Shown piece after piece: positions 1-9,521 of a stretch of DNA of 64,000 bases. Positions within the stretch are counted from its first letter, which is position 1. Every line of letters starts with the position of its first letter. The notes beneath the pieces were generated by a model that searched no databases, was not told the origin of the DNA, and saw only the letters and a program-made list of their open reading frames with translations. The position numbers and the translations under genes were made by a program. Origin of the DNA: an uncultured Anaerolineae bacterium (GTDB lineage Bacteria > Chloroflexota > Anaerolineae > VGOG01); NCBI GenBank assembly GCA_964390805.1, contig CAYMKL010000003.1, positions 35,043 through 99,042 on the forward strand. The letters are read 5' to 3'.

Positions 1-1961
1 ATGGTGACATCCTCCCCGGCTATCACAGGTGAGGTGATAGTTCGCGGCGATATTGAAAGACGCGGCGCCGCAACGGTGTCCCAGGAGTCGGCGTGCACGT
101 TGGCGACACCGTCTGCATCCACATTGGCCTGGTTCTGCAGGGTGTCGCCAGGGGGCACATTGTCGCTGACGCGCGCTGCCACCCGGAAGAAGGCGCTCTC
201 TCCCGCCATCAGTTCGGCTATCGGCGACCAGGGGATGCGGCGCGGATTCTGGGGGTCGGGAGTAGCAGCAGGATCGGCGCTGTCAAAGGTACTCCGCTGC
301 GGCAAGATGTCTCTCACAAACACGTCGTGCGCCGTGCTCGGGCCAAGGTTGGTGACGCGAACAGTGTAGTGGGCCAGTTCACCGGCCACCAGGTAATCCT
401 CCTCCAGCCATTTCTCCAGTTCCAACTCGGGGGTGAGGGTTGCCGTGGGCATGGGTGTGATGGTGGGGGTGGGCGAGGGGGTGTGGGTGCCGGTTGGCGT
501 GGAGGTGGGTGTGCGGGTAGGCGTGTGGGTTGGTGTTGGGGTGGGCGGGAATACCCGTACCTGCAAGCGGTACTCAGCGACGGCTGAGACGCCGGGATGG
601 CCGAAGATGCGTAGCCGCCATTCGCCGGTGGCGCCGGCCTCGACGTGCCAGGTCAGGTGCTCATCAGCCAACCCCGTTCGCACCAGCGTCATCATCACCT
701 GTCCCCAAGGCGATAACAGATATATGTCCAGGTCAGCCGTCATGTCGCCGAGCCAGACATCCATGGTGTGGTTCTCGTCGGCCTGGAACTTGAACCAGTC
801 CTCATCGTCTGCGGGGCAGATGACAGCCGAGATGCCAGGCATGCCCAGCCGGATGTCCGTTGCTGTGTTGAAGTCATCGCCTGCATCGTCGAGCGCGCAG
901 GTGACTACAGTGGGAGAGGCAGTCGCCGGCCGGCGGTTCACGGTAGTGGTCTCGGTCGCTTCCTCGGTGCAGATGATAGCAACCTCACGGGCCTGCCCGC
1001 AGGGATACGAGACTGCTGCCCGGTTGGTCAGCACCGTACCGGATGCCGTGGCAAAGGACGTGCGCAGCGTCAGATCAACGGCGTAGGTGGCCCCCGGATA
1101 AAGCGCCGGGATGGCCCAGATGACGGTGCCGTCCTCGCTGAACACACCCCCGCCTGAGGCCTCCACGAAGGCGGTGCCTTCAGGGACAGTATCCACCAGC
1201 CACACGTTGTCGAGGGGCTCGTCGCTCACGTTGCGCACGCTGATGGCGTAGATTACTTCATCGCCGGCGTAGACCGGGTCGGCGTGGTCGGTTATGCTAG
1301 TCTGCACCACGGGCTGTGGCGTCGGCGTGGGGGTGGGGGTGACTGTCTCGTGGATGACCACTAGTTGCAGGAGGCCAAACATTCGGGTGTGTTCCTGAGG
1401 ATCGGTCTCGTCGTTCTCCCGCATGAGATAGAACCCGTGATTGACCCAACTGCCGTCGAACATCCCTTGGACATAGGCTGTTACATCCCAGGAGACCTGG
1501 CCGTAGGTAGCGCTGATGTCCACGCCCGATAGTCCCCACGTTGCATTGGGCTTGTTGTTCCAGGTCACGCTCCCCTCAGTCCAGCGGGTATTCGCGCGTC
1601 CGGCCCAATACATGAAGTGGTCAGGTGGCCCTTGAGCGTCCCAGATGGTGGCGTAAAGCCGGGCGTCGGTGATGACAGTACCGGCGGGGATGCTGCTCAG
1701 GTCGAACTTGACCAGGCCGCGCAGCGCGCTGCAGCAGGCCGCCCCGGTGCCCTGACCGTAGCCCACCCAGGCGTAGCCCAGGCCGCCGAAGTTGGTGTCC
1801 GGTTCCACGCTGGAGACCCAGGCCATGGCCGTGGGGTCAAGGATCACCTGGGCGAGCGCTGGCCGGGCCACACCGGAGTTGGGCGGCGCGGCCTGCGTGC
1901 CCCCGACGACCAACACCAGCAGGCTGACAATGATCAGCGCGGCGATGACGAGCAAACTCAT
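1..1961 (-). CDS. Large secreted surface protein (DNRLRE-like domain, DUF11-like repeats, PPC-like domain, PT linkers); 3' end runs off the window
   Basis: Not in the ORF track because there is no stop in the window. Manual translation from ATG 1961: MSLLVIAALIIVSLLVLVVGGTQAAPP (signal peptide), RGLVKFDLSSIPAG..WTEGSVTWNNKP, DHADPVYAGDEVIYAISVRN..LVDTVPEG, DDEDWFKF, PTPTPT linkers. Frame stays open to position 3. Confidence 0.8.
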   Translation of the reverse strand, partial: MSLLVIAALIIVSLLVLVVGGTQAAPPNSGVARPALAQVILDPTAMAWVSSVEPDTNFGGLGYAWVGYGQGTGAACCSALRGLVKFDLSSIPAGTVITDARLYATIWDAQGPPDHFMYWAGRANTRWTEGSVTWNNKPNATWGLSGVDISATYGQVSWDVTAYVQGMFDGSWVNHGFYLMRENDETDPQEHTRMFGLLQLVVIHETVTPTPTPTPQPVVQTSITDHADPVYAGDEVIYAISVRNVSDEPLDNVWLVDTVPEGTAFVEASGGGVFSEDGTVIWAIPALYPGATYAVDLTLRTSFATASGTVLTNRAAVSYPCGQAREVAIICTEEATETTTVNRRPATASPTVVTCALDDAGDDFNTATDIRLGMPGISAVICPADDEDWFKFQADENHTMDVWLGDMTADLDIYLLSPWGQVMMTLVRTGLADEHLTWHVEAGATGEWRLRIFGHPGVSAVAEYRLQVRVFPPTPTPTHTPTRTPTSTPTGTHTPSPTPTITPMPTATLTPELELEKWLEEDYLVAGELAHYTVRVTNLGPSTAHDVFVRDILPQRSTFDSADPAATPDPQNPRRIPWSPIAELMAGESAFFRVAARVSDNVPPGDTLQNQANVDADGVANVHADSWDTVAAPRLSISPRTITSPVIAGEDVT

Positions 1962-2108
1962 TTTGTCTCTCGTTCTTGCCTCCTTCAGGACAAAACCTCT
2001 CCTTTGCATTTTGACCTCCCTTGCATCTCTGTGCCACGTACACAGGCACCCCCCATGTTTCTGTCAATTGAAAACAGCTCTAACGCTGCACAACCACAGG
2101 ATGGGCCA

Positions 2109-3212
2109 TTATGTCATTCTCTCTTCCTCTCCCTGCACATTTTCCTGCAGCGCTGCCAAGATGCGACGGTTGGCAGCGGGGAAAGCAAAATCGTCCAGTT
2201 GGTCGAGCCGCACCCACCGCCAGTCAGCACATCCCAGAGTCTGAGGCTCGCCAGAGAGGTAGCGACAGTGAAAGACGTGGAGGGTGATGCGGAAATGGGT
2301 GTAGGCATGGCGAACGGTCATCAAAAGGTCGCCGACGGCAATCTCGATACCCAGTTCCTCCCAGACTTCGCGGGCAAGACACTCCTTCAGCGTCTCCCCG
2401 CTCTCTCGCTTGCCGCCTGGCAGCTCCCACAGTCCCCCCAGCAGGTCGTCGGTATGGCGCTTCGAGATCAGCAACTGATCGCCTCGCCAGATGACCCCGG
2501 CAGCGATGTCGTAATGAGGCAGGGGCCGTCGTTGGACGCGGGGCGGATATCTCTCAGGATCGCCATCCTGATACCCCTGGCACGCTTCGCTCAGGGGACA
2601 TTCAGCGCAGCGGGGATCACGCGGGGTACAGACTGTAGCCCCCAGGTCCATCAGCCCTTCGTTGAAGAGGCCAGCCTGACCCGGCGGCAACAGCGCATCG
2701 GCCAGATTCCAGAACCTCCTGCGAGTAGCCCCTGAGCGCGGATCGTCGTCAATGGTGAAGAGCCGCGAGAGTACCCGTCGGATGTTGCCATCCAGCACCG
2801 CCGCGTCCTGACCAAACGCCAGACTCAGAATGGCTCCCACGGTGTAGGGACCGATACCAGGCAGGGAGAGCAGGGCGTCCCGATGGGCAGGCAACTGGCC
2901 ACCGTGATCTTCCATCACCTGTTGCGCCGCCCGGTGCAGGTTGCGCGCTCGGGCGTAGTAGCCCAGCCCTTCCCACACCTTCAATACCTCGTCGAGATCT
3001 GCCTCGACCAGGGAGCGCAGGGTGGGGAATCGGGAGAGGAAACGACGATAGTATGGGATGACCGTCTTCACCTGCGTCTGCTGGAGCATCACCTCCGCCA
3101 CCCAGATGCGGTAGGGGTCGCGCTCACCGCGCCAGGGTAGATGGCGGCGATGAACGCGGACCCAGGCAAGTAGACGGTCTTGAATCCACTGTCGAAGGTG
3201 TTCGGGCACCAT
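2109..3212 (-). CDS. mutY: A/G-specific adenine glycosylase with C-terminal Nudix-like domain
   Basis: LPWR..PYRIWVAEVMLQQTQV, WEGLGYYARARNL, LPGIGPYT (HhH), DGN, CTPRDPRCAECPLSEAC (Fe-S), LWELPGGK. Confidence 0.95.
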   Translation of the reverse strand: MVPEHLRQWIQDRLLAWVRVHRRHLPWRGERDPYRIWVAEVMLQQTQVKTVIPYYRRFLSRFPTLRSLVEADLDEVLKVWEGLGYYARARNLHRAAQQVMEDHGGQLPAHRDALLSLPGIGPYTVGAILSLAFGQDAAVLDGNIRRVLSRLFTIDDDPRSGATRRRFWNLADALLPPGQAGLFNEGLMDLGATVCTPRDPRCAECPLSEACQGYQDGDPERYPPRVQRRPLPHYDIAAGVIWRGDQLLISKRHTDDLLGGLWELPGGKRESGETLKECLAREVWEELGIEIAVGDLLMTVRHAYTHFRITLHVFHCRYLSGEPQTLGCADWRWVRLDQLDDFAFPAANRRILAALQENVQGEEERMT

Positions 3213-3218
3213 GTTCTC

Positions 3219-5048
3219 TCAAGCCTGATAGACGATTTCGCCGCCGACGATGGTCATCTCAATGGGGATCTGCCACAGGCGCTTCAGTGGCACCGTGTAC
3301 GGATCCTCGCTCCAGATAGCCAGGTCGGCCAGCTTGCCCGGCTCGATGGAGCCCTTGACATCCTCCTCGAAGCCGGCGTAAGCCGAGCCCATGGTGTGCG
3401 CCCGTAGCGCCTCCTGGATGGTCATGCTCTGTTCAGGCTCGTAAAACTGGTTGGAAAAGGTGATGCGGGTCACGGCCCCAAAAAGCGTCACCTGGGGCGT
3501 GAGCCAGGGCGTGGTGGGAGAGTCTGACCCCAAAGCCACCGGGACGCCAGCCTCCAGCCACTCGCGGGTGACGATCACCCGCTTGGCCCGCTCCTCGCCG
3601 AACATATCGGCATAATGGTCGCCACCCAGCCGGATGAACTGTGGCTGGGTACTGACCACCACTCCCAGGTCTTTGATGCGCTGAGTGGCCTGCGGCGTGC
3701 TGAGGATGCAGTGCTCAATGCGATGACGAGGATCGGGGCGAGGGTTGGCATTCATGGCCTCTTCGTAGGCGTCCAGCGTCAGGTCCACCGCCGCGTCGCC
3801 CATGCAGTGGACGCAGATCTGCAAGCCGGTGTCGTGCAGGGCGCGGACAGTTTCTTTGAATCTCTCGGGATCCCAGGTAGGCGTGTCCCAACGCACGCCG
3901 TTGTGCGGCTCGTGACAGTAGGCCATCTGGGCCTGGCCATCCAGCAGAAACTTGAAGCCGGCAAAGCGCATGAAGCCATTCCCCTGGTAGTACTCGACTT
4001 CCTTCAGCGCACGCTCCAGGTCGCCGGGCCACTCCAGGGTATAGTACACCTGGCCGCGGATGAGCATCTGCCCTTCACGGTCAGCGTCGAAATAGGCGCC
4101 GACAGTATCCACGCCGCGCACGTTGTTGTCGTGGAAAGTGGTGACGCCTGCAGCGGCGAAGACGGGCTGGGCGGCGGTGATGTAGTCGCGCACCATTTCC
4201 ATCGTGAATCGTGGAACGTGCCGCCGCAGTACATCCATAGCGCGGTGGTTGTAGAACACCCCGCTCGGCTCGCCACCGGGCTCCCGCTCGATCACCCCCC
4301 CGACCGGGTCCGGCGTGTCGGCGGTGATGCCGGCCATCTGTAGCGCCAGGCTGTTGGCCGAACCGTAGTGCCCGCCCTGCTGTATGATCCAGACCGGGTG
4401 ATGGGGCGAGACGGGGTCGAGATCGTGGCGACTGGGGAGCCCGCCGCCTACCACGGTGAGGAAGTATCCCTGCACCCACTCGCCCTCTGGAGTCTGGGCA
4501 ATGGCCTCGGCCAGCCGCTCTCTGAGGTCGTCCATGGTCTTGACCCCTGGCGGCATGAGGGCCACATAGAAACCCTGCAACTGTCCCCAGACCTGCAAGT
4601 GGTTGTGGGGGTCAACCAGGCCAGGGGTCACAGCCTGGCCACCCAGGTCAATTACCTGTGTCTTCTCGCCGACCAGAGGACGGATGGCCTCACTGTCGCC
4701 CACAGCCTGGATGAGCCCATCTTTGACAGCCACCGCCTGGGCGATGGTGTCGGCTGGGTCCACGGTAATGACCTTGCCGCCCACCAGTACCATATCGGCC
4801 GCCAGCTCGGGCGTGGCGGTCGGCAGCGGAAGAGGCGTGGCAGTAGGTGGTGGGAGGGGTGTGGCGGTGGGTGGCGCGAGGGTTTCAGTCGCCGTGGGTA
4901 TCGGCAATGGGGGAGCCGATGTGGGAGTGCTGAGCCTGGCCCTCCGTCCGCAGGCCTCCAGCAGTCCTCCGACCACGGCAACGCCGGTGGCGAGCGCCGA
5001 TCTCTTGAGGAAATCCCTCCTGGTGATGCGCGCAACTTGTCGTGACAT
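3219..5048 (-). CDS. Amidohydrolase family 3 (YtcJ-like), predicted Tat-exported lipoprotein
   Basis: RRDFLK plus LLEAC lipobox and PT linker; PGLVDPHNH, K..LDG, HCMGD, RIEH, GSDSP, GSIEPGKLADL. Confidence 0.9.
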   Translation of the reverse strand: MSRQVARITRRDFLKRSALATGVAVVGGLLEACGRRARLSTPTSAPPLPIPTATETLAPPTATPLPPPTATPLPLPTATPELAADMVLVGGKVITVDPADTIAQAVAVKDGLIQAVGDSEAIRPLVGEKTQVIDLGGQAVTPGLVDPHNHLQVWGQLQGFYVALMPPGVKTMDDLRERLAEAIAQTPEGEWVQGYFLTVVGGGLPSRHDLDPVSPHHPVWIIQQGGHYGSANSLALQMAGITADTPDPVGGVIEREPGGEPSGVFYNHRAMDVLRRHVPRFTMEMVRDYITAAQPVFAAAGVTTFHDNNVRGVDTVGAYFDADREGQMLIRGQVYYTLEWPGDLERALKEVEYYQGNGFMRFAGFKFLLDGQAQMAYCHEPHNGVRWDTPTWDPERFKETVRALHDTGLQICVHCMGDAAVDLTLDAYEEAMNANPRPDPRHRIEHCILSTPQATQRIKDLGVVVSTQPQFIRLGGDHYADMFGEERAKRVIVTREWLEAGVPVALGSDSPTTPWLTPQVTLFGAVTRITFSNQFYEPEQSMTIQEALRAHTMGSAYAGFEEDVKGSIEPGKLADLAIWSEDPYTVPLKRLWQIPIEMTIVGGEIVYQA

Positions 5049-5077
5049 CTGCTCACCTCCTGGCGGGAATACAGTCT

Positions 5078-5112
5078 AGACTTCGGAGGTTTTCAGGAAA
5101 CCTCCGAAGTCT
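5078..5112. repeat. REP-like palindrome AGACTTCGGAGGTTT-N5-AAACCTCCGAAGTCT
   Basis: Perfect 15-bp inverted repeat; shares its AGACTTC..GAAGTCT ends with 6536-6577. Confidence 0.75.
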
Positions 5113-5129
5113 TAGGTTGGCACTAGTAG

Positions 5130-6500
5130 TTACTCGACGGTCACCCAGGCGGAGCCGAAGAGGTGGGTCTTGCTCTCGTCCCAGACCTCCACCTGGTAGG
5201 TATCTGGGGGCAAGTCCGGGATCCGGGCGCTGAGGTCATAGGGGCACAGGCAGTAGCAAGGGCCACTCTGGGGATAGGTCTCTCGCTCAATGAGCTGCAG
5301 CAGAGGACGCTGGTCAATGAGGTCTACAACCATGGTGGCGCAGCAGTTGTAGATAGCCCCGCTATGCTCCATCACGATGTCGCGACCCTCCACCCAGATC
5401 TCGACCTGATCTCCATCGGCCTTTCCCAATGACTCAAGGCAATCGCTGGTCTCATAGCTGAAGTTCGTTTCCGAGTAAGCCTTCAAGACCAGGGGCAACA
5501 AGACCTTATACTCCCTCACCCAGATGCGGAAGCGCACCTGGTCAGCAACCCCGTCATTCGGACGGCGGAAGACGTTGATGGTGGTATCGGTCAGGTTCTC
5601 CCAATTGGTTCCGAAGAAGCTGCCACCCGCCTCAAAACCGCCCGCAAAGCGGTGGTTGATGCCGATGCCGCCATCGGTGTCCTTCTGCCATGCACGGACA
5701 AGGTAGAGATTCGGGTTTCCGCCCAGGTTGTGGGTAAGCGTCGCCACCGTCCCCGGTGCGACGTCCATCCACTCACTATCCCAGTCGGGCGGGTCGGGGG
5801 CGAAAATGCGGACACGCACCTGATCGGCCCCGGGATCATTCGGATAGCGCCAGACGTCTATCGCGGTGTTCGTCAAGTTCTGCCAGGCCGCCCCGCGAAC
5901 CTGACCACCCGCTTCTAGCCCGCCGTAACATCGGCTGTTTATGCCTATGCCACCCGACGTCGTGTCCTTGAGCCACAGGCCGACGACGTAGTCGTCAACA
6001 TTGCCCCCTTGACTATGGGTGAATGACTTCAACTCGTCTGTGGCAATGTCCACCCACTGGCTGTCCCACACGGGGGGATCTTCCGGGATCCAGACACGCA
6101 CGCGCACCTGATCGGCAAAGGCATCGTCCTCTCGACGGACTACCTCAATGGTCGTATCGGTCAGGTTCTGCCAATGGGCTCCATAGAAGTTGCCGCCAGC
6201 TTCCAGCCCGCCACCACCCCAGCCATTGATGCCCTTGCCATCCGGTGTCGTGTCCCTGAACCACAGCTCAACGGCATAGTCATCTGGGTCTCCACCCAGA
6301 TCGTGGGTGAACACCGTCGCCGTGTCTGTGGCAATGTCTACCCACCCACTGCTCCAATGGGAATTGGACTGCCGGGCAGCGTCGGGATAGACGTCGAGTG
6401 GGAAGCCCGGGTTGCCGGCTACGGCACCGCCAGCGAAGAGGAGCAAGGCCGCCAGCGCCAAGACTCCCACCGTCACCAAGATTTGCATTCTCTCGTTCAT
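5130..6500 (-). CDS. Secreted protein with three ~95-aa tandem repeats and a Cys-rich C-terminal domain
   Basis: Signal peptide; three copies of W.S.W.D...FTH.LGG..D.Y.V..W.KDT..G.GIN....GG.EAGG....WQNLT; then LPLVLK and YNCC..CYCLCPYDL. Confidence 0.8.
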   Translation of the reverse strand: MNERMQILVTVGVLALAALLLFAGGAVAGNPGFPLDVYPDAARQSNSHWSSGWVDIATDTATVFTHDLGGDPDDYAVELWFRDTTPDGKGINGWGGGGLEAGGNFYGAHWQNLTDTTIEVVRREDDAFADQVRVRVWIPEDPPVWDSQWVDIATDELKSFTHSQGGNVDDYVVGLWLKDTTSGGIGINSRCYGGLEAGGQVRGAAWQNLTNTAIDVWRYPNDPGADQVRVRIFAPDPPDWDSEWMDVAPGTVATLTHNLGGNPNLYLVRAWQKDTDGGIGINHRFAGGFEAGGSFFGTNWENLTDTTINVFRRPNDGVADQVRFRIWVREYKVLLPLVLKAYSETNFSYETSDCLESLGKADGDQVEIWVEGRDIVMEHSGAIYNCCATMVVDLIDQRPLLQLIERETYPQSGPCYCLCPYDLSARIPDLPPDTYQVEVWDESKTHLFGSAWVTVE

Positions 6501-6535
6501 TTTCTCCTCCTAGCTCTATTATGTTTGCTCCCGCT

Positions 6536-6577
6536 AGACTTCCGAAGTCTCCACAGAACCCTAGACTTCGGAAGTCT
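6536..6577. repeat. Pair of REP-like palindromes AGACTTCCGAAGTCT / AGACTTCGGAAGTCT
   Basis: Two 15-bp self-complementary units that are reverse complements of each other, 12 bp apart. Confidence 0.75.
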
Positions 6578-6585
6578 TAACGGAC

Positions 6586-7218
6586 TCAGCCCTCCTGGGA
6601 GAGGATGACCACCTCCACTTCGCACAGGTCGCGGAAGCGCTGAGCGTCCCTGACGGATCCAACAATAGCGCTGTGGTGCATGGGGATGGCCACCTTGGGC
6701 TTGATCCTGTTCGCTGACTCGGCAGCCTCGTCAGCGGTCATGGTGTAAGTCCCCCCCACAGGCAGTAGCGCGATGTCAGCCTCAATGTCGTCCATCTCAG
6801 GAATGACGTCGGTGTCGCCGGCGTGGTAGATGCGCACCCCCCCCACGGTGATGATGAAGCCCACGTGGCCGCTCTCTTTCGGATGAAAGGGCACACCAGG
6901 GCTGCGGAACTTGCTCACGTTGTAGGCAGAGACTGTCTCGATGGGGATGCCCTGCATAACGAGGCTCTCGCCCGGCTTCACCACCCGCACGTCGCCCTTT
7001 AGCTTCTGCGCCGCCGCAGCGATGGTCACGATCACGGTGTCATCTTTGGTCAGCTTGGCTACATCATCTGGGGAACAGTGGTCGAAATGGTCATGGGTGA
7101 TGAGGATCAGGTCGGCCTTTGGCGGCCTGCCCTTCAGTTTGAGGGGATCAATGTAGATGGTTTTATCGTTCTCGATCCTGAAAGTGTCGTGCCCTAGCCA
7201 ATGGATGTTCTCAATCAT
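6586..7218 (-). CDS. MBL-fold metallo-hydrolase
   Basis: WLGH, THDHFDH, YHAGDT, PVGG.YTM, PMH. Confidence 0.9.
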   Translation of the reverse strand: MIENIHWLGHDTFRIENDKTIYIDPLKLKGRPPKADLILITHDHFDHCSPDDVAKLTKDDTVIVTIAAAAQKLKGDVRVVKPGESLVMQGIPIETVSAYNVSKFRSPGVPFHPKESGHVGFIITVGGVRIYHAGDTDVIPEMDDIEADIALLPVGGTYTMTADEAAESANRIKPKVAIPMHHSAIVGSVRDAQRFRDLCEVEVVILSQEG

Positions 7219-7298
7219 TTTGCACCTCCAGTTAGTTGTTGAATTCCCTTTCCACCTCAGTCAGGAGACCTTCGGCGATCAAAAGGTCCGACACTACA

Positions 7299-7360
7299 AG
7301 TATATCACCTTTTTCATCCTTAGTCAACAGCTTGTCCTTTGAGCCAGGTTGTGTTATAAT
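7299..7360. promoter_or_regulatory. Back-to-back divergent sigma70-type promoters
   Basis: Minus strand: TTGACT(7327-7322)-17-TATACT(7304-7299). Plus strand: TTGTCC(7332-7337)-17-TATAAT(7355-7360) with an extended TG. Confidence 0.7.
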
Positions 7361-7556
7361 AGGGTTCAGGGTTTTTCTCTTGCAAAGGCATTCTTGGGCG
7401 CTCCAGAGCGTTCAAAAAGCAATCACCGGCTTGGTTCAGACGACAAAAAACCTGGTTTCTCTCTACATGTCGGGTAGTGAGACAACCTTGGATGTCCTGA
7501 GTTGCTCTTCAGTTGTGGAAACACGCGCTGGAACTTACTGAGAGAGTTCGCATATT

Positions 7557-7630
7557 GAAAGGAGGGATGCCTATCGCACAAAAACATCGGGTGCTCGCGT
7601 TAGTTTCAAAACACAAATAAGGAGGAAAGA
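7557..7630 (+). promoter_or_regulatory. Conserved dual-SD leader upstream of the binding-protein gene (copy 1)
   Basis: GAAAGGAGG..GCCTATCGCACAAAAA..CTCGCG.TAGT..CAAAACACAAA..AAGGAGG, matching 17283-17375. Confidence 0.7.
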
Positions 7631-9400
7631 ATGCTTGCTAACAAAAGATGGGGAACCTTATTGGCTTTGGTGGCCATCGCCGCCATAACTCTCTCGGCCT
7701 GTGCCCCGCCGACCCCAGAGGTGATCGAGAAGGAGGTAGTGGTCGAGAAATCGGTCGTGGAGACTGTGGTGGTCGAAAAGGAGGTGGTGGTCGAGAAGCC
7801 GGTCGTGGAGGTTGTGGAGGTCGAGAAACCGGTCGAGGTGGTAGTGACGGCCACCCCGGTCGTGGGGCCGCAGAAAGGCGGCACGCTGGTCATTGGCCTG
7901 TCTGCCGAGCTCTCGACACTGGACCCGGCCGATCACCGTGATCGGACCGTCGAGACCGTCGTTCGCAACATGTTCGACGGCCTGGTAACCCGCACCACCG
8001 ACGGCCGGGTGCTTCTGGAGCTGGCCGAGTCGGCCGCGCTGGTTGACGACACCACCTGGGAATTCGTGCTCAAAAAGGGCGTCACCTTCCACAACGGGGA
8101 AGACCTGACGGCCGAAGACGTGAAATTCACCTTCGACCGCATCATCTCCGAGAACGGCATTGACTACCCCGAACCCCACACATCTGGGCGCAAAGGCTTG
8201 ATCTCGCCGCTGGAGAGCGTGGAGGTCATGGACGAATACACGGTGCGTCTCTACCTGTCGGCCCCCTGGCCGGTGGCCATGCAGATGTTCGTCCACCAGC
8301 AGGTCATCCCCAAGGACTACTTTGAAGAGGTGGGCAACGAGGCCTTTGTCAAAGCCCCGGTTGGCTGCGGCCCCTTCAAGTTCGTGGAAGGCTCTCTGGC
8401 CGATCAGATTGTAATGGAGCGATTCGACGGCTACTATGGCGGCGCCGACGAACTGCCACCGGTGGGCCCTGCACCGCTGGATCGCCTCATCTTCAAGATC
8501 CTGCCCGAGGCCTCGACGCGAGTGGCCGCTCTGCGCGCCGGTGAGGTAAACATCATCCAGAGCGTTCCCTCGCACATGATCCCTGTGCTGGCCACCGACG
8601 CCAACATCCAGGTGGTCAGCGGTCCCAGCACGCGGCCCTTCTGGATGGAAATGAACGTCAACCAGCCACCTTTTGACGACGTCCGTGTACGGCTGGCCAT
8701 GAACTATGCGGTGGACGCGGACACCATCCTGGAAACGGTGCTGGGTGGCCTGGGCATCGTCATCCCCGGTCCTCTGTCGCCCTACAACAACTTTGCCGAT
8801 CCTACTCTGGAGCCTTACGGCTACGATCCGGACAAAGCTCTGGAGCTATTGGCCGAAGCTGGCTTCACAGACTCCGACGGCGATGGCCTCCTGGACAAGG
8901 GCGGCGAGAAGTTCTCCTTTGTCATTGATGCACGGCCTACGGAGAAAGCCTACACCGAAGCTGTAGCTGGGCAGTTGCAGGAACTGGGCATTGACGCCAC
9001 CGTGCGCGTATGGGGCGACTATAGCGTGCTCAAGCCATTGCTGCTGGGCGGCGAGCGCACAGCCTTTGTCGGTGGCTGGGGCGACTCGGCCTTTGACCCT
9101 GTGGGACACTTTGAGGCCAAATGGCACTCCATGGTCGAGGGCACGGGCAATGGGCGCGGCAACTTCTCTACCTACAGCAACCCCCGCGTGGACGAACTCA
9201 TCGAGGCCGGTGAGGTGGAGCCGAACGTGGAGAAGCGCCACGAGATCTATAACGAGGCGCAGCAGATTGTGTACGCAGAGGTGCCGGCGGTCTTTTTGTT
9301 CCTGCCCGACACCATCGAGGCCTCTACCAGCAACGTGCAGAACTGGACGGTCAGCGCTGACGCGCGCCTGAACATGCACGACGTCTGGCTCTCCGAATAG
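7631..9400 (+). CDS. ABC transporter substrate-binding lipoprotein, family 5 (peptide/opine/nickel)
   Basis: LSAC lipobox, VEK-rich linker, TLDP, GVTFHNG..LTAEDVKFT, PVGCGPFK, PFDDVRVRLAMNYAVD. Confidence 0.95.
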   Translation: MLANKRWGTLLALVAIAAITLSACAPPTPEVIEKEVVVEKSVVETVVVEKEVVVEKPVVEVVEVEKPVEVVVTATPVVGPQKGGTLVIGLSAELSTLDPADHRDRTVETVVRNMFDGLVTRTTDGRVLLELAESAALVDDTTWEFVLKKGVTFHNGEDLTAEDVKFTFDRIISENGIDYPEPHTSGRKGLISPLESVEVMDEYTVRLYLSAPWPVAMQMFVHQQVIPKDYFEEVGNEAFVKAPVGCGPFKFVEGSLADQIVMERFDGYYGGADELPPVGPAPLDRLIFKILPEASTRVAALRAGEVNIIQSVPSHMIPVLATDANIQVVSGPSTRPFWMEMNVNQPPFDDVRVRLAMNYAVDADTILETVLGGLGIVIPGPLSPYNNFADPTLEPYGYDPDKALELLAEAGFTDSDGDGLLDKGGEKFSFVIDARPTEKAYTEAVAGQLQELGIDATVRVWGDYSVLKPLLLGGERTAFVGGWGDSAFDPVGHFEAKWHSMVEGTGNGRGNFSTYSNPRVDELIEAGEVEPNVEKRHEIYNEAQQIVYAEVPAVFLFLPDTIEASTSNVQNWTVSADARLNMHDVWLSE

Positions 9401-9421
9401 GACGGGCCTTGAGCAACTCAT

Positions 9422-9468
9422 ACGTGAAGCGTGAGGAGTTCACGATGCTGAACCCTCACGTTTCACGT
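9422..9468 (+). other. Long hairpin just downstream of the binding-protein gene
   Basis: ACGTGAAGCGTGAGG / CCTCACGTTTCACGT arms with an inner GTTCA/TGAAC pair. Confidence 0.6.
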
Positions 9469-9521
9469 TTTACGTCGGCTGTGGTGGGCGAGACTTTGGG
9501 AACCCTCCAAGGAGCGTACCC

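Noticed and set aside
7236-7541. 101-aa ORF in the divergent intergenic region
   Set aside because: It overlaps both promoters, lacks a clear RBS and has no recognisable motifs.
7361-7556. Cobalamin, SAM or glycine riboswitch in the leader
   Set aside because: No B12 box, SAM-I core or glycine aptamer consensus could be identified by eye.
7721-7860. GTGGTCGAGAA-type repeats and PT tracts as mobile repeats
   Set aside because: They encode ordinary low-complexity VEK and Pro/Thr linkers of exported proteins.
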